DNA from: an uncultured virus (IMG/VR IMGVR_UViG_3300036716_000812)
Taxonomy: Duplodnaviria; Heunggongvirae; Uroviricota; Caudoviricetes
Length of the DNA stretch: 64,000 nt
Strand: one strand, 5' to 3'
Virus record (IMG/VR): IMGVR_UViG_3300036716_000812
Shown: piece by piece, positions 58,312-64,000 of the stretch
Numbering within the stretch: the first letter of the stretch is position 1
Layout of the letters: every line of letters starts with the position of its first letter
Made by a program: the position numbers and the translations under genes
Notes under the pieces: model-generated
Databases searched by the model: none
What the model was told of the DNA's origin: nothing
What the model saw: only the letters and a program-made list of their open reading frames with translations

Positions 58312-58902
58312 ATGGAAGAATATATTCCAAAATTCTTAGATATGCTTTATGATAATGAGATTGGAAAACATCTCACTATTGAAGAAGTGCGGGACGCATT
58401 TCATACAAATCAGATTGAAAGTAAAAAACAAGCAAGTCTAGCCTTTGGGGCAGTCAGCGATAATGCAAATAAAGTTTTGTATATCGGCTCTTGGCTAGGC
58501 TTTCTTACTCATGTGTTGATTGAAAAATATCCATCTATAAACTTCTACGAAGTTGACATGGACACACGATGCAAAGAAGTAAGTGGCAGATTCAATTATA
58601 CATTTAAGAATTATCTAGGACATCAAAGTGCAAACATTGAGGATAAAAACTTCAATATGTGGCATGAATTTGATACTATCATTAATCTTAGTTGTGAACA
58701 CATGTCTACAAATTGGTATCATAAAGTTGCATCAGGAACACAACTTATTATACAAAGTAATAACCTCGTAATTGACGACCATATAAACAATTGTGAATCA
58801 CTAGATGATTTCAAAAGCAAATATCCTCTCAGTAAGATACATTACGACACTACATTAGAACTTAACGTATTCAATAGATTTACTTTGTCTGGCGTAAAAT
58901 AA
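58312..58902 (+). CDS. Class I SAM-dependent methyltransferase-like protein
   Basis: VLYIGSWLG, EVDMD, IINLSCEHM, IQSNN..DHINN. Confidence 0.65.
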   Translation: MEEYIPKFLDMLYDNEIGKHLTIEEVRDAFHTNQIESKKQASLAFGAVSDNANKVLYIGSWLGFLTHVLIEKYPSINFYEVDMDTRCKEVSGRFNYTFKNYLGHQSANIEDKNFNMWHEFDTIINLSCEHMSTNWYHKVASGTQLIIQSNNLVIDDHINNCESLDDFKSKYPLSKIHYDTTLELNVFNRFTLSGVK

Positions 58903-58920
58903 CGAATCATAAATACTGGT

Positions 58921-59559
58921 ATGAGTATATTTGTTATTATATTGCTGGGATTTATTTGGTATCAATTCATCAGTGTAATTGGTCTATCTATTGGATTGCA
59001 TAGATATTTTGCACATAATCAGTTTAAATTTAAATATCTTTCTTCATTTTGGGAGACATTAGTTTTATTTCTGTCGTTATTAGCAGGGTCACGAAGTCCA
59101 CTAGGATGGATTGGCGCACATAGAATTCACCATAGATATTCTGATACTGAAAAAGACCCACATAGTCCATTACATATAGGATTTTTTAATGTACTATTCA
59201 GTAGTTGGAAAGTGAAAGAGATTCCTATAAAATACGTTAGGGATTTATATGAAAATAAAAGAGTTATGTTTTTTCATAGACATTGGAAAAATATATGGGG
59301 AATTACAGGAATAATTTCTTTACTGATATCGTCAGACTTCTTTCTTATATTTGTAGTTTCTCCTTTCATATTTGGATGGTTAAGTTTTGGTATATTCAAC
59401 GCACTGGGTCACAAAGATGGAAAGCCAGTAACTAATAGATTTATAAATCTTTTATCTGGCGGAGAAGGACCACACGATGTTCATCATAGTAATAGTAAGC
59501 AGATAAGATTAAGTAAGTACGATATATCAGGAATTATAATTGAAAAGTGTTTAAAATAG
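58921..59559 (+). CDS. Membrane-bound fatty acid (delta-9-like) desaturase
   Basis: His boxes HRYFAH, HRIHH, HDVHH; DPHSP; hydrophobic segments. Confidence 0.88.
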   Translation: MSIFVIILLGFIWYQFISVIGLSIGLHRYFAHNQFKFKYLSSFWETLVLFLSLLAGSRSPLGWIGAHRIHHRYSDTEKDPHSPLHIGFFNVLFSSWKVKEIPIKYVRDLYENKRVMFFHRHWKNIWGITGIISLLISSDFFLIFVVSPFIFGWLSFGIFNALGHKDGKPVTNRFINLLSGGEGPHDVHHSNSKQIRLSKYDISGIIIEKCLK

Positions 59560-60065
59560 TAGAAGAAGCGCCACCTCAATGGTTACTTGATGACATAGCA
59601 GGCGGTAATGATAAACTAAAAGACAATTATACATTAGAAAATATAAAGTTACAAGAAATGATATGTTTCTGTATGTTGATGTATAATGATGATATAGTTG
59701 GGTTCAGTGGATTACAACGTAAGCCATTAGCACCAGAGCCTTTTGGTGATTGGGAAGACAACACACCAAGGGTTAATTCACGTTGTTATATAGCACCAAA
59801 GTTTAGACAATATAAAATAAGAGGCGATAGAATTCGTTATCCATGGAAATATCTAGCACCATATCAGATTAGAATGGCAGATAAAATGGGTTACAATAAG
59901 TTATTCTGGTCAACAGAACTATATAAACGTCAAGGAAAAACCATGGACTTGACAATCGAATACGCAAAAGAATATTTGCCAGAGAACTGGCACTACAACA
60001 GATTAGAAGGTTATAGAGATATAAATGGAGTTGAACAAGAAGTATGCGAGATATTAAAATCATAG
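59547..60065 (+). CDS. Hypothetical protein, possibly GNAT-like
   Basis: IVGFSG..RVNSRCYIAPKFR pattern loosely resembles acyltransferases. Confidence 0.45.
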   Translation: MFKIVEEAPPQWLLDDIAGGNDKLKDNYTLENIKLQEMICFCMLMYNDDIVGFSGLQRKPLAPEPFGDWEDNTPRVNSRCYIAPKFRQYKIRGDRIRYPWKYLAPYQIRMADKMGYNKLFWSTELYKRQGKTMDLTIEYAKEYLPENWHYNRLEGYRDINGVEQEVCEILKS

Positions 60066-60661
60066 ATAACATTCATACAAAAGAAGAATTTATAAAAGAA
60101 TTAGAAAAGTATGGAACAGTTAACAGAGATATAGACTTACCAGTCATTACAAGTAAAGAGACTAAAGAAGTCACTGAACAAATTTGGCACCAAGATGGTT
60201 TACAGATAGAAAACCAACCACAGTACCAAGCACTATGGTGTTCACATGCTGAAGAAGAATGTCCATCTACACAATATGTTTCTACAAGAATATCAGAAGA
60301 AGAGGCTCTAAAGCACATTGATGTCATAGAGGGTTATGAGTTCAAAGAAGCAATTGATGATGGATTGTTTTATAGATTTGAAAAAGAATCACATAAAAGA
60401 TATTATTTAAAAAAGATTTACAAAGGTAAAAGACCAATCATTCTACAAGACGATATAGGTTATTACACTAGATGGTGTCCAATGTCATCATATAAAAACG
60501 AAACGTTAGAAGAAGCAGTCTTTAAAAACGAAATACAAGAAATAGAGTGGATATCTGGTAGAGTTGTGATATCAAACAACATTGCAACGTTACATAGAAG
60601 AACTCCAAACAAGAATGTGGCGGGAACAAGAAGTCTTTATAGAGCATATGTACACATATAA
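60044..60661 (+). CDS. TauD/TfdA-family Fe(II)/2-oxoglutarate dioxygenase
   Basis: WHQDG (HxD), W..G..VISNNIATLHRR, R.LYR. Confidence 0.75.
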   Translation: MRDIKIIDNIHTKEEFIKELEKYGTVNRDIDLPVITSKETKEVTEQIWHQDGLQIENQPQYQALWCSHAEEECPSTQYVSTRISEEEALKHIDVIEGYEFKEAIDDGLFYRFEKESHKRYYLKKIYKGKRPIILQDDIGYYTRWCPMSSYKNETLEEAVFKNEIQEIEWISGRVVISNNIATLHRRTPNKNVAGTRSLYRAYVHI

Positions 60662-60690
60662 AAAAATATTAAAAAAAACTTAAAAAACGC

Positions 60691-60719
60691 TTGACTTTGG
60701 GTTGCCAGTATGTTAGTAT
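60691..60719 (+). promoter_or_regulatory. Sigma70 promoter for the candidate sRNA
   Basis: TTGACT-17 nt-TAGTAT with extended TG and an upstream A-tract. Confidence 0.7.
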
Positions 60720-60727
60720 ATTATAAT

Positions 60728-60898
60728 CAACGGGTGCCTATGTCTCCTCTAAACCTCTCTCATCGACATAGACCTTGTTGCTTCACTCTTTAAAAGAAGA
60801 GTGGGTGGGTTAGACCTTAACGTACCACCATAAAAAGCACAAAAAGGAAACGTAAGGCGGGAAACCCAGTAGTAGAAATATTACTGGGTTTTTCTTTT
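60728..60898 (+). ncRNA. Candidate ~170-nt structured small RNA
   Basis: Own promoter and terminator, no ORF; hairpins CTATGTC/GACATAG, CACTCTT/AAGAGTG, GGTGG-GTTA/TAAC-CCACC. Confidence 0.6.
60862..60898 (+). terminator. Intrinsic terminator
   Basis: AAACCCAGTAGTA-GAAA-TATTACTGGGTTT stem (one G-U pair) followed by a T-rich tract. Confidence 0.85.
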
Positions 60899-60926
60899 GC
60901 CTAAATACAAATATTAGAGGAGTTAA

Positions 60927-61181
60927 ATGATGTCACCCCAATCAATTGAAAGAGTAAAATGGCTCGCCACGTTTATGTTCGTGTGTGCGGGAACATTGAT
61001 ATCTTTAAACTTACCACAATCTAAGTACGCATTTCCATTATTTGCATCAGGACATATAATTGCTATCTACGTCTTTACAATACTTAAAGACAAGCCGTTA
61101 ATTGTACAAAATGTATTTTTCTTATGTATTGATGTGATAGGAATATATCAGTGGGTATTAGCGCCTATATTTTTTCTTTAA
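60927..61181 (+). CDS. Small membrane protein (about three hydrophobic segments)
   Basis: 84 aa, hydrophobic; strong AGAGGAG RBS; CTAAATA upstream. Confidence 0.65.
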   Translation: MMSPQSIERVKWLATFMFVCAGTLISLNLPQSKYAFPLFASGHIIAIYVFTILKDKPLIVQNVFFLCIDVIGIYQWVLAPIFFL

Positions 61182-61602
61182 CGCTGTTTAGATACTCAGT
61201 AAGAATTTTCGAACTTCCCACTCGTACATTGATAATACCATTATAGTACTCATCTGTTTCAAGCACTCTACGGTCAAATTGTTCTTTGGCTTCTACATAA
61301 CTTAATGCGCCACGACTCGGGCAATAATGTAGAATCTCACGGGAAAATTTATCGGGACCTAATTTTTTTACGTCCGCATTCAAATGGTCAGAAGAACCCC
61401 AATAAGTTCTCCAATCACTTTCTTTATAACCACGTCTCTTGTTCTTTCTTCCTTTAAGAGGTGGTTTAGTGGTTTTAAATCTTGCTAACTTCTTACCTAT
61501 GTATTTTCTATCATTCGTAAGGTTCGTAATAAGATATACAAATCCCTCAACATTCTCAGGTAATTCATTTACAACTTCATTGTTATATGTCCATTCACTC
61601 AT
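61165..61602 (-). CDS. Minimal GIY-YIG (Seg-like) endonuclease
   Basis: GFVYLITN..RKYIGKK, YWGSS, FSREIL, E..YYNG; no C-terminal DNA-binding domain. Confidence 0.8.
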   Translation of the reverse strand: MSEWTYNNEVVNELPENVEGFVYLITNLTNDRKYIGKKLARFKTTKPPLKGRKNKRRGYKESDWRTYWGSSDHLNADVKKLGPDKFSREILHYCPSRGALSYVEAKEQFDRRVLETDEYYNGIINVRVGSSKILTEYLNSVKEKI

Positions 61603-61609
61603 GGTGTTC

Positions 61610-62212
61610 TCATTTTAATAGGTCTAAAGACCTAATATCTTCGGAAATTTCTTTTCGTTCCACTCAAAGAACATTTCCTTGATATTTCTTTTTTCCATTT
61701 AATATTATTTATTTTAATTACTTGTTCGGTTTGGAAGACACAATTGCCCATCCACTGGGCAACTGCTAATGAAACTTGTTCTTGCTCATCAGATTCTATG
61801 TCTAAGTTAGCCACTAGCAATGGCGAGGTCGGTTGACGATTCCCTCATAACTTAGTATTGCGTCTTTCGACTCAACGGCACTTTGAATAATCCACATAGA
61901 ATAAAATATCATCAAAGTTGGTAGTGTTTTTAACCTACCAGCGGTTTGTACATTTCTGTACAGTAAATACTAGTCATTCGATACCTTTAGAGTAACGAAT
62001 GTTAAAATACGAAATAAAATGTGTGGTTAACGAGAAGCAGTGTCGGATTTCACCCAACTTGTCTGAACGTATGTATAATATACGCCCTCAATCCCGAGTC
62101 GGCATCCCGACTAACAGTTCCACTATGTATTGTTTTATTGTAATCATTATTAGCCTTTGGGGATTTATATTAGAATTAAAAATTGTTTTTGAATCGATTT
62201 GTATTAGTTATG
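61610..62212 (-). ncRNA. Candidate large (~600 nt) ornate structured RNA
   Basis: About 12 hairpins; GAAA loops and G-U pairs that work on the minus strand; two possible pseudoknots; own promoter; no credible ORF. Confidence 0.65.
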
Positions 62213-62218
62213 TTGAAC

Positions 62219-62247
62219 ATACTAACATAGTGGAAAAGGGATGTCAA
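62219..62247 (-). promoter_or_regulatory. Sigma70 promoter for the large RNA / GIY-YIG transcript
   Basis: TTGACA-17 nt-TAGTAT with extended TG and an upstream A-tract. Confidence 0.8.
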
Positions 62248-62275
62248 CCCTTTTTGTAACTTTTTTTGTATTTTT

Positions 62276-62509
62276 TTATAAAATAGGTGTTCCAGCGTTT
62301 TTACTGAGTTCAAAGTTCTCAGAAACAATCTCATTTAGATATCTGATATGGTTTGCAGGCATGTTGTGCAGTTCAGATATACTGACGCCCCCTCTCATAT
62401 ACCAGGTTAGTTTATACAGTGATTTGTGTAGAGTGTCAAGTGATTTATTATAAGACTCTTGTTTCTCTAATATTTCGGCTTCGCCGGCAGTCTTCAGCCA
62501 GCGGAGGAA
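62276..62509 (-). CDS. -1-frame extension of the gp26-like gene (77 aa; WYMRGG domain, gp51-like)
   Basis: Open frame FLRWLKTAGEAEILEKQESYNKSLDTLHKSLYKLTWYMRGGVSISELHNMPANHIRYLNEIVSENFELSKNAGTPIL with no ATG in its first half. Confidence 0.7.
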   Translation of the reverse strand, partial: FLRWLKTAGEAEILEKQESYNKSLDTLHKSLYKLTWYMRGGVSISELHNMPANHIRYLNEIVSENFELSKNAGTPIL

Positions 62510-62515
62510 AAATTT
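62482..62515 (-). other. Programmed -1 ribosomal frameshift signal
   Basis: In-frame A_AAT_TTT heptamer (62515-62509), 5-nt spacer, CGCTGGC/GCCGGCG stem-loop (62503-62482). Confidence 0.75.
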
Positions 62516-63348
62516 ACAGGATTCATATCAAACACAACTTCTTCTTTGTGTTCACATGCCTCACAAGTAAATTCAAATTTCGAAATTTCAGATAAGTTTG
62601 GCACAACACTATTAACAGTGTCGTTTACTTTTTTCACAATATTTGCTGGTACATTGTCCATGAATTCTGTGATAGAGTCTGAATCAATCACAACTGTATC
62701 GGGTGTTTCTATTCTGTCAATCGCACTAATTAGTAAATCTACGTTCTGTTTTGATACTTTTCTGAAACTGATGGCAAATTGTCTTGCCATCTCCAGTTCT
62801 TCACGGTCATCCTCTGGATTTTCCTGGGCGGCTGTAATAGATGACAATATTCTAGCCTGCTCAACTTCCATCAGTGCTACTCTAGTTAGACTGTCTAATT
62901 TCGGTGGAGTTACAAAAATTTTAAGGTCTTCATATTCAATTGGCGGAATATCACTGATATCTGGAAACTTTTCCAGAATGTGATTTATGTCTATGTTATA
63001 ATCGGCTTGCTCTTTACAGTTCGAACAACTGTGGGTGTGTTGGATTTCTTTGCCATATGTTGCGTATTTGATTGCTAAGAAAATTAGTTCCGCATCAACA
63101 TTACATAAGTTTCTTGGATTTGGTATGGCAGGCACACAACTTTTAATAAGATTGATTAAAGCCTCTCCGTTTAATAATTCGTCAGGATTTTGCATTGATA
63201 TTTCATCAATAGCAGTCATCGGAAGTATAGGCAACTCGTCCAATACAGTTTTGTCTATTTCTGGATTAAATCTGCCACCAGTCGGAATTTGTACATATAT
63301 TCCCGGTTTACGAAAATATTTGGATAATGGGTTCTCATTGGTGTTCAT
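62494..63348 (-). CDS. Baseplate hub / tail assembly chaperone (T4 gp26-like)
   Basis: NPLSKYFRKP..LPMTAIDEI..LLNG..SCVP..D..FLAIKYATYG..CSNC, C-terminal CEAC..MNPVNF. Confidence 0.8.
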   Translation of the reverse strand: MNTNENPLSKYFRKPGIYVQIPTGGRFNPEIDKTVLDELPILPMTAIDEISMQNPDELLNGEALINLIKSCVPAIPNPRNLCNVDAELIFLAIKYATYGKEIQHTHSCSNCKEQADYNIDINHILEKFPDISDIPPIEYEDLKIFVTPPKLDSLTRVALMEVEQARILSSITAAQENPEDDREELEMARQFAISFRKVSKQNVDLLISAIDRIETPDTVVIDSDSITEFMDNVPANIVKKVNDTVNSVVPNLSEISKFEFTCEACEHKEEVVFDMNPVNFSSAG

Positions 63349-63361
63349 TTGTTTGTCCTTT

Positions 63362-63414
63362 GATAAATACAGTATAATAAGGTTAGTAATTAAGTATATA
63401 CATAATTATTTATC
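63362..63414. promoter_or_regulatory. Pair of opposed late promoters (GATAAATA + 63362-63369; GATAAATA - 63407-63414)
   Basis: Octamers in the intergenic gap between the divergent gp26-like and tape-measure-like genes. Confidence 0.55.
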
Positions 63415-63460
63415 TTCAACAATAACTACGAAGTTTTTATAACTATTTTAGAGGGATTTC

Positions 63461-64000
63461 ATGGCAGACGAACAAGATGTTTTTATTTCGGGAATAAGCG
63501 GCAGTATCCAGCAATGGAGTACAGAGGCGACAGCAATGAAAATGGAAGCAATATTAAGTAAGATTTCCGCTTCAAACTCGGCAATGACGCAACTTCTCAC
63601 TGCGATAAAGAATGGCGAGGGCATGACACAGAAGCAGTTGTCTCAGGCAGTAAATGCTACAAAAACTCAGACAAAAGCAACAAATAGCGCCTCTAAAAAA
63701 GAATCACAAGATACCACAAGAACTCATGGTATATTGAAAGGGCTTTCTCAAACTTTCAAAGATGGATGGAATGGTTCGACTAGTGGTATTATTGACCAAA
63801 TGAGAAAGAGTCAGATTGAAGCATCTAGGCTAGAAAGAGACACACAGGTATTACTAAAGGCGGGCATGTCGAGGGAAGATGCGGCAGCAACAGTAAAAAC
63901 TGAAGCAAGACAAAAAAGCCAGGCAGACTTTTTCAAAAAAGCGGCGATGGGTATTATCGGTTTAATAGCCTCAGCCGAAGAGGCAACTCTGGCTGGATAT
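63461..64000 (+). CDS. 5' part of a probable tape measure protein (runs off the window)
   Basis: Open frame MADEQDVFISGISGSIQQWSTEATA..., Ala/Ser/Thr/Lys/Gln-rich and helical in character; AGAGGG RBS; adjacent to the chaperone gene. Confidence 0.55.
   Translation, partial: MADEQDVFISGISGSIQQWSTEATAMKMEAILSKISASNSAMTQLLTAIKNGEGMTQKQLSQAVNATKTQTKATNSASKKESQDTTRTHGILKGLSQTFKDGWNGSTSGIIDQMRKSQIEASRLERDTQVLLKAGMSREDAAATVKTEARQKSQADFFKKAAMGIIGLIASAEEATLAGY

Noticed and set aside
61785..61792. CTGATGAG (minus strand) resembling a hammerhead ribozyme core, preceded by a possible stem
   Set aside because: No stem II closed by GAAA follows and the NUH/stem III geometry does not fit
61610..62212. Group I/II intron, RNase P or tmRNA identity for the structured region
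   Set aside because: No correctly ordered P7 GACUA/UAGUC pair, no domain V, no GAGGAAAGUCC, no tRNA-like ends, and no interrupted gene on either side
61632..62453. Short ORFs 61632-61820, 61999-62259 and 62241-62453
   Set aside because: No RBS or recognisable protein features; they overlap the structured RNA, its promoter or the frameshift ORF
1..64000. CRISPR arrays, tRNAs, integrases, transposases, reverse transcriptase/DGR
   Set aside because: No regularly spaced repeats, cloverleaf or relevant catalytic motifs seen by eye
1..64000. Stop-codon reassignment
   Set aside because: Long genes are intact in the standard code and TAA, TAG and TGA all end genes

Overview
AT-rich fragment of a large, T4-like (myovirus/jumbo-type) bacteriophage genome in the standard genetic code, with three zones. 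(1) 1-28.2 kb is a sugar-nucleotide, glycosyltransferase and tailoring island: UDP-glucose dehydrogenase, cupin epimerase, NDP-hexose C-methyltransferase, SDR, DegT aminotransferase, a GDP-fucose-synthase-like enzyme, several GT-like genes, an APS-kinase fusion, a sulfotransferase, and seven radical SAM genes carrying eight radical SAM domains. (2) 28.2-53.7 kb is a tail/baseplate module (gp6-, gp25-, gp5-, gp27-, gp53-, gp48-like) interrupted by clpP. (3) 53.8-64 kb holds a gp55-like late sigma factor, gp47/gp46 with an SDR between them, an Hc1-like protein, auxiliary metabolic genes (desaturase, TauD), a gp26-like gene and the start of a probable tape measure gene. The most notable signals not explained by the ORF track are: a ~600-nt highly structured, probably pseudoknotted RNA with its own sigma70 promoter directly upstream of a minimal GIY-YIG nuclease (61.6-62.2 kb); a ~170-nt sRNA with an anti-Shine-Dalgarno loop that shares its promoter motif (60.7-60.9 kb); a canonical -1 frameshift signal at the end of the gp26-like gene; and a 32-bp gene-junction duplication plus a chimeric 18-aa mini-ORF in the radical SAM array. 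All assignments come from reading motifs by eye; no database searches or folding programs were run.
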